Assembly: GCA_964637115.1 (NCBI GenBank)
Contig: CAZWVL010000010.1
Coordinates: forward strand, 1 to 30,309
DNA: 30,309 bases
Direction of reading: 5' to 3'
Source: an uncultured Methanosarcinales archaeon
GTDB lineage: Archaea > Nanobdellota > Nanobdellia > Woesearchaeales > ARS49
The position numbers were made by a program, and so were the translations under genes. Of this stretch, positions 1 through 8,498 are shown piece after piece; positions within the stretch are counted from its first letter, which is position 1; every line of letters starts with the position of its first letter. The notes beneath the pieces are model-generated. The model was not told the DNA's origin. It saw nothing but the letters and a program-made list of their open reading frames with translations, and made no database searches.

Positions 1-78
1 TTCTGCTTCCATCATCGTCATAGATGTTCCGTGGTATAAGCGTATGTTTGGATGGTTTTTTGACTGGTTCTAATAACC

Positions 79-86
79 TTTATAAA
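79..86 (+). promoter_or_regulatory. TATA box (TTTATAAA) for the PINA-serS unit, likely leaderless
   Basis: TTTATAAA preceded by A-rich AATAACC, ending about 22 nt before ATG 109. Confidence 0.6.
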
Positions 87-108
87 CACCTCTTCTTCCA
101 TTAAATAT

Positions 109-1938
109 ATGCCAAAGAGTGTGGAAAAGCTTGTTCCCGACACCTCTGTTATCATTCAGGGTTTGGTCAGCGAACAGGTTACTAAAGGTGAATTGCAGGT
201 TGGAGAGCTGATTATTCATGAGGCCGTGCTCGCAGAATTAGAGCATCAGGCTAATGAAGGGCATGCTTCTGGGTATATTGGTCTTGATGAAGTCAAAAAA
301 TTGCATGAGATGTCTGAGAAGAAGCGCATCTCGCTAAGATTTGCCGGCCACCGTCCTGGCGCGAGTGAAATTCGTTACGCAAAATTAGGAGAAATTGATT
401 CTGTCATCCGCCAATTAGCATACGACGAGGATGCCACTTTACTGACAGCAGACAAAGTGCAGTCAAAAGTTGCAGAAGCCCGCGGCATTAAAGTTATCTT
501 CGTGCCTCAAAAAGAATACTGTCCTAAGCCGCTCAAGATGGATGCTTATTTTGATGAAACAACTATGTCTGTGCATTTGCGAGACAAAGTGCTTCCTATG
601 GCGAAGAAAGGCTCTCCGGGCAGCTGGCAGTTTGTTCCAATCAAAAACAAACTGATGACTGCTGAAGAAATTAAAGAGATTTCAAAGGAAATGATTGAGG
701 AAGCTGGCTGCAGGACTGATGGCTTTTTGGAAATTCAGCGTGAAGGTTCAACAATTGTGCAATTGGGATTGTACAGAACTGTTATTCTCAAGCCTCCATT
801 CAGCGACAATTGGGAAATTACCTGTGTCAGACCAGTTCGTAAACTAACATTGAAAGATTATGAGATGTCTGAAAAGTTGAGAGATCGTATTTCGGGTCAA
901 GCTGAAGGTATTTTGATTGCCGGCGCTCCTGGAATGGGCAAGAGCACTTTCGCACAAGCATTGGTTGAACAATATGCTGAGCAGGGCAAGATTGTGAAGA
1001 CTGTTGAAGCTCCCAGAGATCTTGTCTTGCCAGATACTATCACGCAGCTCTCTTACAGCCGTAGTTCTCCTGAAGAAGTTCATGACGTCTTGTTATTATC
1101 CCGTCCTGATTATTCTTTATTTGACGAAATGCGTAATGTTCCTGATTTCCTCTTGTTCGCAGACATGCGTCTGGCTGGTGTTGGTATGGTTGGTGTTGTT
1201 CACGGCACAAATCCATTAGATGCTATCCAGCGTTTCATCGGCAAGATTGACCTTGGAGTTATTCCGCACGTTATTGACACGGTTGTTTTTATCAAGTACG
1301 GTAAAGTTGACAAAGTGCTGAATATTGCAATGATTGTGAAAGTTCCTGCAGGTATGACCGAGGCAGATCTTGCAAGACCAGTTGTCGTCATTTCTGATTT
1401 TGAAACCAACAAAGCAGTGGCAGAAATTTATTCGTACGGAGAGGAAACTGTTGTTGTTCCAGTGCAGGAGGAGCGTCAGACTGGTGTAAAGGCACTCGCT
1501 GCTCGCCAGCTTGAACGTGTTTTCCAGCGTTACAGTGATAATGTGAAAGTTGAGATGCTTAGCGAGCACAAGGCAGCAGTTTATGTTCCTGAAAAGTTCA
1601 TTCCTTCAATTATCGGTCAGGGCGGCAAGAATATTCAGGCATTGGAACAGCAGTTAGGCATTGGCCTTGATGTCCGCCCTTTGGAGGTGGAGGCGAAAAA
1701 GCCTCCAAAAGGAAACGAAATTTCATATAGAGTAACAGGCAGCAGCAAGCATGTTGAATTCTTGCTTGGCGACCAGTATTCAGGCAAGGATGTCGACATA
1801 TTTGTTAACGATGAATATCTTGCCACTTTTGCTGTTAGCAAGAAAGGTGTCGTTAGAATTAAAAAATCCAACAAATTAGGCAAGGTTGTAATAGATGCTA
1901 TGGATCATGGCGAAAAAGTATCATTTGTAGGTGCGTAA
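109..1938 (+). CDS. PINc/VapC-family ATPase (PIN domain + P-loop ATPase + KH domain), PINA-type Holliday junction branch-migration ATPase
   Basis: PIN motifs (VPDTSVII, EAVLAELE, TADKVQ); Walker A GAPGMGKST; Walker B FDEMR; GVVHG; KH loop IIGQGGKNI. Confidence 0.9.
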   Translation: MPKSVEKLVPDTSVIIQGLVSEQVTKGELQVGELIIHEAVLAELEHQANEGHASGYIGLDEVKKLHEMSEKKRISLRFAGHRPGASEIRYAKLGEIDSVIRQLAYDEDATLLTADKVQSKVAEARGIKVIFVPQKEYCPKPLKMDAYFDETTMSVHLRDKVLPMAKKGSPGSWQFVPIKNKLMTAEEIKEISKEMIEEAGCRTDGFLEIQREGSTIVQLGLYRTVILKPPFSDNWEITCVRPVRKLTLKDYEMSEKLRDRISGQAEGILIAGAPGMGKSTFAQALVEQYAEQGKIVKTVEAPRDLVLPDTITQLSYSRSSPEEVHDVLLLSRPDYSLFDEMRNVPDFLLFADMRLAGVGMVGVVHGTNPLDAIQRFIGKIDLGVIPHVIDTVVFIKYGKVDKVLNIAMIVKVPAGMTEADLARPVVVISDFETNKAVAEIYSYGEETVVVPVQEERQTGVKALAARQLERVFQRYSDNVKVEMLSEHKAAVYVPEKFIPSIIGQGGKNIQALEQQLGIGLDVRPLEVEAKKPPKGNEISYRVTGSSKHVEFLLGDQYSGKDVDIFVNDEYLATFAVSKKGVVRIKKSNKLGKVVIDAMDHGEKVSFVGA

Positions 1939-3213
1939 ATGTTAGATATAAACTATATCCGTCAATATCCGGATGTTGTAAGGGCAAACTTGCGCAAAAG
2001 GCAAGTGCCTGAATATCTGACTTATTTGGACGCGGTTCTGAAGAATGATGAGCTCTGGCGTGGTTTAAAGGCAAAGGTTGACCAGGCAAGGGCGCGTAGA
2101 AACAAGATTTCTCAGGAAATTAATGATGCAAAGAAAGCAGGCAAGGACGCTTCAAAAATCATAAAGGAGGCTGCCGAGATTCCAAAGATAATTGCGCAGG
2201 CAGAGAAAGAGCTAACAGAGCTGCAGGATAAAATCAAGACTTGCCTGTACAAGATTCCTAATTTGGCGCACGATAGCGTCCCATATGGCAAAGATGATAC
2301 TGAAAACAAGGTAGTTAAGACTGTTGGCAAGAAGCCGGATTTCAACTTTACTCCTTTGAGTCACGTTGATCTCCTGCTCAAGAACAATTGGGCTGACTTG
2401 GACCGTGCTGCTAAAATTTCCGGTGCAAGATGGTATTTCTTGAAGGGTGATTTGGCAGTTCTCGAGCTTGCCTTAACCCAGTATGCCATGGACTTCATGC
2501 GAAGTAAAAAATTCATTCCTATCATTCCGCCGTTTATGATGAATCACGCAGCCTATAACGGCGTTGTTTCTCTTGATGACTTTGAAAACGTGATGTACAA
2601 GATTCAAGGTGAAGACTTGTACGCCATTGCAACTTCAGAACATCCATTGACTGGAATGTATATGGACGAAGTTCTAGAGGAAAAAGATTTGCCGATCAAG
2701 ATGGCTGGCATCTCGACTAATTTCAGAAAAGAGGCTGGCGCTCACGGCAAAGACCAGAAGGGAATATTCAGAGTTCACCAGTTTAGCAAAGTTGAGCAGG
2801 TTGTCATTTGCAAGCCTGAAGAATCCTGGCACTTCCATGAAGAACTTCTGAAGAATGCTGTCGAATTTTTCGAGAGCCTTGGTTTGCACTTCCGCGTCGT
2901 AAACGTCTGCACAGGCGATTTAGGCATTATTGCGGCCAAGAAATATGATATTGAGGCTTGGTATCCAGTGCAAGATGCATTTAGGGAAGTCGTCAGCTGC
3001 TCTAACTGCACAAGTTATCAGGCAGTTCGTTCTAATATAAGATCCCAGTGCGGGCAGGAACGCCATTACGTGCACACGCTTAATTCAACGTGTGTTGCAA
3101 CAACAAGAGCGTTGGTTGCAATTCTTGAAAACTTCCAGAACAAGGATGGCAGTGTTGAAGTTCCTAAAGTCTTGCAAAAGTACACAGGATTCAAGATTAT
3201 GAAACATGGCTGA
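1939..3213 (+). CDS. serS: Seryl-tRNA synthetase (standard type)
   Basis: MLDINYIR start, N-terminal coiled coil, ATSEHPL, FRKEAGAHGKDQKGIFRVHQFSKVEQ, EVVSCSNCTSYQA, HTLNST, LENFQ. Confidence 0.97.
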   Translation: MLDINYIRQYPDVVRANLRKRQVPEYLTYLDAVLKNDELWRGLKAKVDQARARRNKISQEINDAKKAGKDASKIIKEAAEIPKIIAQAEKELTELQDKIKTCLYKIPNLAHDSVPYGKDDTENKVVKTVGKKPDFNFTPLSHVDLLLKNNWADLDRAAKISGARWYFLKGDLAVLELALTQYAMDFMRSKKFIPIIPPFMMNHAAYNGVVSLDDFENVMYKIQGEDLYAIATSEHPLTGMYMDEVLEEKDLPIKMAGISTNFRKEAGAHGKDQKGIFRVHQFSKVEQVVICKPEESWHFHEELLKNAVEFFESLGLHFRVVNVCTGDLGIIAAKKYDIEAWYPVQDAFREVVSCSNCTSYQAVRSNIRSQCGQERHYVHTLNSTCVATTRALVAILENFQNKDGSVEVPKVLQKYTGFKIMKHG

Positions 3214-3508
3214 GATTGCTTGGTGGGCGTGGACAGGTGTTGGCTTGTTCGTTGCAGTCAGCGCTGCCTTGTCTGGCGGTAAAGTTTCTCTTTTTGCCTG
3301 GGTTGGTTTGTTATTTATCGCAATTGGAATCGGCAAAGCCGTCTATATGTTTGTCGCGAAAGAAAAAGCGTCTCCAAAAGAGCAGCGAGTTATTCACCCG
3401 CCGCATATGCATCCTGTTATGCCTCAAGGTCATTTCTGCCCCAGATGCAGAGTCACCATCCAGCAGACTGACCATTTCTGCAGGTATTGCGGGACTAGAC
3501 TAAGGTAA
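3206..3508 (+). CDS. Small membrane protein with C-terminal zinc ribbon
   Basis: Two hydrophobic N-terminal helices, then CPRC-x10-CRYCG; 8-nt overlap with the serS end. Confidence 0.75.
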   Translation: MAEIAWWAWTGVGLFVAVSAALSGGKVSLFAWVGLLFIAIGIGKAVYMFVAKEKASPKEQRVIHPPHMHPVMPQGHFCPRCRVTIQQTDHFCRYCGTRLR

Positions 3509-3509
3509 C

Positions 3510-3517
3510 TTTTTATA
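3510..3517 (+). promoter_or_regulatory. TATA box (TTTTTATA) upstream of the structured leader and SLOG-like gene
   Basis: About 20 nt before ATG 3538, similar to the spacing at other apparently leaderless genes in the window. Confidence 0.5.
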
Positions 3518-3537
3518 GTACTTCTTGTCAGGTTCTA

Positions 3538-3684
3538 ATGTCAAGAACCACTCGCTAAAGCGAGTGGCGTGAACTATAAGTTCAAGCGTCAAGTGATTGC
3601 AAGTGGTTCTTGAGCATGTTCGGAAACCCCGCGCTCATCCAACGGGCTGAAGCCAGTGGTTTCCGCGCAAGGGGTTTCCGACAT
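3538..3684. mobile_element. Palindrome-rich non-coding element, candidate non-autonomous IS200/IS605 derivative (PATE/REP-like) or structured 5' leader
   Basis: Perfect hairpin CCACTCGC-TAAA-GCGAGTGG (3548-3567); 12-bp inverted repeat TCAAGAACCACT/AGTGGTTCTTGA (3541-3552/3602-3613); stem CGGAAACCCC..GGGGTTTCCG (3621-3630/3671-3680) enclosing CCAACGGGC-TGAA-GCCAGTGG. Confidence 0.5.
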
Positions 3685-4239
3685 ATGAAAGTAGCGCTCA
3701 TAGGGCCGACAAATATGCAGAAGCTTTCGACGATAATTGGCAAATCTGTTGCTGACGTGGAGAGTTTGGCGCGTGATGTTGGCAAGGTTCTGGCTCAAAG
3801 TAAATGTCAGCTTGTTGTTGGCTTTAATTATTCTGGAATGATTAAGCTTGTTGGAGATGAATACAAAAAGGATGGCAGCAAGCTTGAAATGCTGTATACT
3901 GAAAATAATGCCGATTGGGATACTGATATTTACAAGAAGCATTTGCAGGATGCTGACATTAAGACGAAGAAGGCCAGCTGGCACGATTTGTTGTTAAGTT
4001 TGGTAAGTGATGTTGATGTTGTTCTATGCGCAGGTTTGTCTGCTGGCGTTCTTGGAGAATTGGCGTACATGAAATGGAACTTTCAGGAAAGCAAGGGAAA
4101 CGTGAAAAAGCTGATTGGAGTCAAGGAATTATTGCGCAATGGCGAGTTTCCTCCTGAAATACAGTATGATTTGAATAAGATGATCGTTATAAGTTCTGTT
4201 AAAGAATTAGATAAGATACTGAAGTCCCACAAATCTTAA
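3685..4239 (+). CDS. SLOG/LOG-like Rossmann-fold nucleotide-binding protein (TIGR00725-like); ORF open from 3610, likely start 3685
   Basis: MKVALIG; ARDVGKVLA..QLVVG..SGMIKLV; DVDVVLCAGLSAGVLGELAY resembles the SLOG GxGTLxE motif. Confidence 0.55.
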   Translation: MKVALIGPTNMQKLSTIIGKSVADVESLARDVGKVLAQSKCQLVVGFNYSGMIKLVGDEYKKDGSKLEMLYTENNADWDTDIYKKHLQDADIKTKKASWHDLLLSLVSDVDVVLCAGLSAGVLGELAYMKWNFQESKGNVKKLIGVKELLRNGEFPPEIQYDLNKMIVISSVKELDKILKSHKS

Positions 4240-4264
4240 AAACCCTTCTGTTCTCAATTCCGCT

Positions 4265-5335
4265 ATGGGGTTACGTGACTTGCCTGCAGGCGAAAGTCTG
4301 TTCAAAAATGAGGATTCATTGGATCCTGAGTGGCTGCCGAAAAACTTGCCGTTCAGGGAAACTCAGCATCATCAGATAGCTAATTGTATTAAGCCGTTAT
4401 TGCAGGGCAGAACAGGAAGAAATTGCATTATCTCAGGCGCTCCTGGCATTGGAAAAACAGCCGCAGTTAAATTAGTCCTTAAAGAACTGGAAGACAACCC
4501 TGACGTTAACGCTCCAGATATCTACGTTCTTTACGTCAACTGCTGGCAGAAAAACACCACTTACAAGATTTTTGTGGATTTCTGCGAGCAGTTGGGCTAC
4601 AAATTCACACAGAACAAGAACACTGAAGATTTGTTCAAGATTATCCAGAACATCGTCAACAAGAAAGCCGCTGTTTTTGCGTTTGACGAGGTTGACAAGG
4701 TTGAAGATGTTGATTTCCTTTACCATATTTACACTGACATTCTCAAGAAAACAATGCTGATGATCACAAATCATCCGCAGTGGTACTCTGCTGTTGACGA
4801 GCGCATTCGTTCAAGATTGATTCCTGAAAAGATTGACTTTACCAAATACTCAAGAGACGAAATAACTGGCATCTTAAGGCACCGTATGGATGCCGCATTC
4901 TCTCCAAACAGATGGGATGAGAGCGCATTTGAGATGATTGTTGACAAGACAGATTCTGCCTGCGACATACGAATCGGCTTGCATCTGTTGAGAGAGGCCG
5001 GAATGGCTGCAGAAGATGAGAGTGTAAGAAAAGTGCTTCCAATTCACACTGAGCGTGCAATGCAAAAATTGTCAGACTTTACCATTAAGCCTGCTGATGC
5101 TTTGCCGGAAGATACTAAAGTCATCTTGCAGTTGGTCAAATCTCAGTCCGGCAGGATTGGGGACTTGTTCAAAGTATACCAAGACCAGGGCGGCGCAGCC
5201 ACTTACAAGACTTTCCAGCGAAGGATAGAAACATTGGAAAAAGGCGGCTTTATTGAAACAAAGAAAATAATGGGTGGCAAGGAAGGCACAACAACATTTG
5301 TTTCTGACAAGAATAAGTCGTTGGATGATTATTGA
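4265..5335 (+). CDS. cdc6: Orc1/Cdc6 family replication initiation protein
   Basis: LDPEWLPKNLPFRE; Walker A GAPGIGKT; YVNCW; Walker B FDEVD; RIRSRL; sensor 2 DIRIGLHLLREA; C-terminal winged helix. Confidence 0.93.
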   Translation: MGLRDLPAGESLFKNEDSLDPEWLPKNLPFRETQHHQIANCIKPLLQGRTGRNCIISGAPGIGKTAAVKLVLKELEDNPDVNAPDIYVLYVNCWQKNTTYKIFVDFCEQLGYKFTQNKNTEDLFKIIQNIVNKKAAVFAFDEVDKVEDVDFLYHIYTDILKKTMLMITNHPQWYSAVDERIRSRLIPEKIDFTKYSRDEITGILRHRMDAAFSPNRWDESAFEMIVDKTDSACDIRIGLHLLREAGMAAEDESVRKVLPIHTERAMQKLSDFTIKPADALPEDTKVILQLVKSQSGRIGDLFKVYQDQGGAATYKTFQRRIETLEKGGFIETKKIMGGKEGTTTFVSDKNKSLDDY

Positions 5336-5964
5336 CGTAATTCTTCTTCTCTCAAATCAAGGATTTTGCCTTCAGTAAATGGTGCGTCTGGTTCTTCCAG
5401 TTCGGCGTGTCGAGTTGCCTCCATTAGTGCTCTTGCTATATCCTGGAGTCCATCTGTTATCAGCACAACTGATTCTGTGGGGCTGTTGTATTTTTCTATG
5501 AGTGTATAATCCATTGTTCCGTACTGGTGTACCATCGCTATTTTATCTATTTGTTCTAGAACAGCTTTTTTTCCTTCTTCATTTGAGAATTCTTTGATGA
5601 CGAATAGTTTTTTCTTTGTTTTAGAATCTTCTGCGCCATAGCCCATAATTACCCATCTTCCGTTTAGTTCCTTGTCAGCGCCGTCAATTATGTCAGTAAG
5701 GCATTCGTATTCTTTACTGCCCACGGTATGAGCAACAATTCTGCCGTTAAACCTGGATCGCTCAGAAGTAAATTGTGACGCATACTCTTCTTTGCTGCTG
5801 TAAATAGAAGGATAAGTTTCTGTTCCTTTTGGGGTGTATCCAACAACGAAAACTATTCCATCTTTATAACATAGCCTGGGGTCTTGTGCTCTTTGCATTA
5901 AATCTTTTAAATTTCTATCTTTAGAAACTCTTTCAAATAATGCCTGGCCTTGAGAAGATTGCAT
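5329..5964 (-). CDS. Hypothetical protein (start 5964 ATG or 5973 GTG)
   Basis: 211-214 aa open frame with soluble composition; divergent TATA-like boxes at 5998-6020. Confidence 0.7.
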   Translation of the reverse strand: MQSSQGQALFERVSKDRNLKDLMQRAQDPRLCYKDGIVFVVGYTPKGTETYPSIYSSKEEYASQFTSERSRFNGRIVAHTVGSKEYECLTDIIDGADKELNGRWVIMGYGAEDSKTKKKLFVIKEFSNEEGKKAVLEQIDKIAMVHQYGTMDYTLIEKYNSPTESVVLITDGLQDIARALMEATRHAELEEPDAPFTEGKILDLREEELRQ

Positions 5965-6043
5965 CTTCCTCACTCGACGATGGAAAAGAGGCTATCGTAT
6001 ATAAATCTTAACCTTTATATACTCTTTTGACCGTTCTTTTAAT

Positions 6044-6616
6044 ATGCCAAAAAAGGTGACTTTGGAAGACATTAACAGAAAACTTGACTTATTGATCCGC
6101 CAGGAAAGGAAGGAGCTGAAAGCAGAAGCAGTGGTTGAGCGTGAGGAAGAGACAGAATTGCAGAAGCTGAAAGAGCTTGAGACTTTTGAAAAAGAGATTA
6201 TGACTGAGGTTGGCCCGCATCCGTTGAGGGAGCTCACCTACAAGGATGTCGTGAAAGGCAGCATTGGCGCATTCGTCGGCGTTGCTGCTCATTACTCCTT
6301 TGTCTATGGTGTGAAAGTTGCCGCTGAAATCGATGTTTTTCGTGCAACATTGCTCTTTCCAATTGCGTATGCCTTTGGCGGAATTTTCATGTATCTCACC
6401 GGCTTCAGAAGAATCAAGGATCCTAGAGTTATATCCTTCCTGCCAATCAGATTGACAGTCCTGTACATTGTTGCTGTCATCACTACAATACTCGTGCTTT
6501 TGTTATTCAACCCGGAGTTCTTCCACGAATTCTGGACTACTTATAAACAGGTCGCAACAGTAACTTTAAACGCTGTTATCGGCGCCTGTACTGCTGACTT
6601 GATAGGTAAAGAATGA
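6044..6616 (+). CDS. Integral membrane protein, DUF2391-like, with N-terminal charged coiled coil
   Basis: Four hydrophobic segments, C-terminal IGACTADLI; paralog-like to 12966..13436. Confidence 0.6.
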   Translation: MPKKVTLEDINRKLDLLIRQERKELKAEAVVEREEETELQKLKELETFEKEIMTEVGPHPLRELTYKDVVKGSIGAFVGVAAHYSFVYGVKVAAEIDVFRATLLFPIAYAFGGIFMYLTGFRRIKDPRVISFLPIRLTVLYIVAVITTILVLLLFNPEFFHEFWTTYKQVATVTLNAVIGACTADLIGKE

Positions 6617-7038
6617 TCAACAAAGAAGAATTTGATGCATTGCAAGATGCGAAGATTGAGCAGACGAAGAAATTGTTGAATATCGCAACGAATATTGGCA
6701 CGTATGTGGAATTAAAAAGTGAGGAAGCAGCTTTGAAAAAGGGTTTGCGCATTCTTGCGGAGCATTTGCCGTTGTTATTGAAAAAAATAAAGGTGCAACA
6801 AGAAATGTGTGGAAAAGATGGCAATTGCATTTCCTTGCTCGAAGATGAAGTTCAGAAATTGGCCGGTCGGAATAAAGTGTTTGGTACAAGTGTTAGTGAA
6901 CATGTCAAGCAGGCGGCAGCGGGTTTTATAAAATTTCAGTCATTGCCGGTGTGCGAGGCATTAATATTTATCATAGGCAAGGAACAGGCCTTAAAACAGC
7001 TTTTTGCTTCTGACAAGCTCTATTCTGCTGCCGCATAA
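6613..7038 (+). CDS. Hypothetical protein
   Basis: 141 aa helical ORF, ATGA overlap with the upstream stop. Confidence 0.65.
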   Translation: MINKEEFDALQDAKIEQTKKLLNIATNIGTYVELKSEEAALKKGLRILAEHLPLLLKKIKVQQEMCGKDGNCISLLEDEVQKLAGRNKVFGTSVSEHVKQAAAGFIKFQSLPVCEALIFIIGKEQALKQLFASDKLYSAAA

Positions 7039-7114
7039 GCCACTGGACACTGGACAACCGCCTTCCTGAGCTATTTAAAGGGTAGATGCTGGAATCTTTC
7101 TTGAGGTGATACAA

Positions 7115-7204
7115 ATGGAAAACATCCAGGAACTGTTTTTTGAGCAATTTAAGGCATTGACAAAGGAGACTTGCCGGCGCGAGCTGAGGCTGAAGCAATG
7201 GTAG
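7115..7204 (+). CDS. Small ORF MENIQELFFEQFKALTKETCRRELRLKQW (possibly the 5' part of a frameshifted gene)
   Basis: TATA TATTTAAA 7072-7079 and SD GAGGTGA 7103-7109 before ATG 7115; below the ORF-track cutoff. Confidence 0.5.
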   Translation: MENIQELFFEQFKALTKETCRRELRLKQW

Positions 7205-7299
7205 ACATCTATGATGACAACGCCATTGACTACTTCGAGGACGATGATGACTTGGACTCTGCCGAAGCAAGCTTTATGCGGGGCTATCTCTCCGCATAG
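7198..7299 (+). CDS. Small acidic peptide MVDIYDDNAIDYFEDDDDLDSAEASFMRGYLSA
   Basis: Hand-translated; overlaps the previous stop (ATGGTAG); frame open from 7153. Confidence 0.5.
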   Translation: MVDIYDDNAIDYFEDDDDLDSAEASFMRGYLSA

Positions 7300-7330
7300 T
7301 TTTTTATTCTCTCTTATTTCCGCTTCTTCT

Positions 7331-7894
7331 ATGCGCATAATTTCCAAGAACGACATCATAAAGAATAAGCCGAAGTTCGTAAAGGAAATACTTGCAGGCG
7401 CAGTCTTCATTTATCTTACAGACACCATTTACGGCATCGGCTGCGATGCTACGAACGATAGTGCAGTCAAAAAAATTCGTGAGCTGAAAGACCGTGATAA
7501 AAAACCGTTCTCTATTATCGCTCCATCTATAGATTGGATAAGAGAAAACTGCGAGCTATCTGACAAGGCAAAAAAATGGCTTCTCCAACTGCCAGGCCCT
7601 TACACTCTTATTTTGCAACTGAAAAATCCAAATGCTGTCTGCGCACAAACAAATATGGGTATGAAGACTGTTGGCATCAGAATTCCAGATCATTGGATTT
7701 CAGAATTGGTGGCAGGCGTTGGCAGGCCAATTATTACAACATCAGTTAACATAGCAGGCAAACCTCCAGCTTCAACAAAACAGGAATTGGAACAGTTTGC
7801 TGTTGACTTCATCATCTATGAGGGCGACAAGCAGGGCAAACCCAGCACTATTGTTGACCTGATTTCTGGCGAAAAGATTATTCAGCGACAGTAA
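7331..7894 (+). CDS. tsaC: L-threonylcarbamoyladenylate synthase (TsaC/YrdC-type Sua5, short form); likely start 7331
   Basis: YLTDTIYGIGCDA, KDRDKKPF, LPGPYTLIL, TVGIRIPDH, TTSVN, GKPSTIVDL; TATA-like TTTTTATT 7301-7308. Confidence 0.92.
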   Translation: MRIISKNDIIKNKPKFVKEILAGAVFIYLTDTIYGIGCDATNDSAVKKIRELKDRDKKPFSIIAPSIDWIRENCELSDKAKKWLLQLPGPYTLILQLKNPNAVCAQTNMGMKTVGIRIPDHWISELVAGVGRPIITTSVNIAGKPPASTKQELEQFAVDFIIYEGDKQGKPSTIVDLISGEKIIQRQ

Positions 7895-7939
7895 GTTTTT
7901 AAACTAAACTTTGCTAACTGGCCTAAGAGGTGATTGGGA

Positions 7940-8461
7940 ATGAAAAAACTGTTCTTAATTCTTATTGCAGTGTTATTGTGTGCTTCTTTTGCAGAAGCGT
8001 ATGTTTATCGTTCTATTGGCCGGGTTAACCCGCGTGGCAGACTGTCTGGCGCATTTGTCACAAATCTTGCAGAAGAAGGTGGCCTAGGTGCAACAAAAGT
8101 CACTTGGCATCCTTACACCATTGGCAATAGGGAAGCGACTAGTGCACGGCCAGGAACGCCGGGCGTGCTTAAAGTTGTTGTTAAAAGAAAAGCGGCTACA
8201 AGTCCTCCGATTACTGAGGGCGTGACGATTTTGGCAACTGCTTACTATCCTGATGGCACGTATGAGAATTTTGGCACTGCCGACATTGAGGGTATTGCTC
8301 CAAGCAATGTTCTTGCCTTTGACCACAGCCCTGATGTCCAGGCATATACCAATGATAAGCAGATGGCTAAGGGCGACGTCAATACTGTGGTGAACTATGT
8401 AGTATTCGTCAAATATCAGGATAAGGCGCGTGTATTTGGCATGAACCTTAAAGTTAGATAG
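7940..8461 (+). CDS. Secreted/surface protein of unknown function
   Basis: Sec signal peptide MKKLFLILIAVLLCASFAEA; SD GAGGTGA 7927-7933; beta-rich mature part. Confidence 0.7.
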   Translation: MKKLFLILIAVLLCASFAEAYVYRSIGRVNPRGRLSGAFVTNLAEEGGLGATKVTWHPYTIGNREATSARPGTPGVLKVVVKRKAATSPPITEGVTILATAYYPDGTYENFGTADIEGIAPSNVLAFDHSPDVQAYTNDKQMAKGDVNTVVNYVVFVKYQDKARVFGMNLKVR

Positions 8462-8498
8462 AAACCTTTTTAAAGCCCCTATTTTGTTTTCTCTTTTT

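Noticed and set aside
1-21. Possible minus-strand gene start (MTMMEAE...) leaving the window
   Set aside because: Only 7 codons visible; cannot be supported.
3648-3680. ORB-like sequence (CCAGTGG...AAGGGG) near cdc6 suggesting oriC
   Set aside because: Core reads CCAGTGGTTTC rather than CCAGTGGAAAC, only one copy is present, and there is no AT-rich unwinding element; the palindromic element explains it better.
7041-7056. Tandem CACTGGA x2
   Set aside because: Only 2.3 copies of a 7-mer; too short for a repeat or CRISPR call.
7211-7330. N-terminal extension of TsaC in the ORF track
   Set aside because: Overlaps the small acidic ORF and the TATA-like box at 7301-7308; homology begins near 7331.
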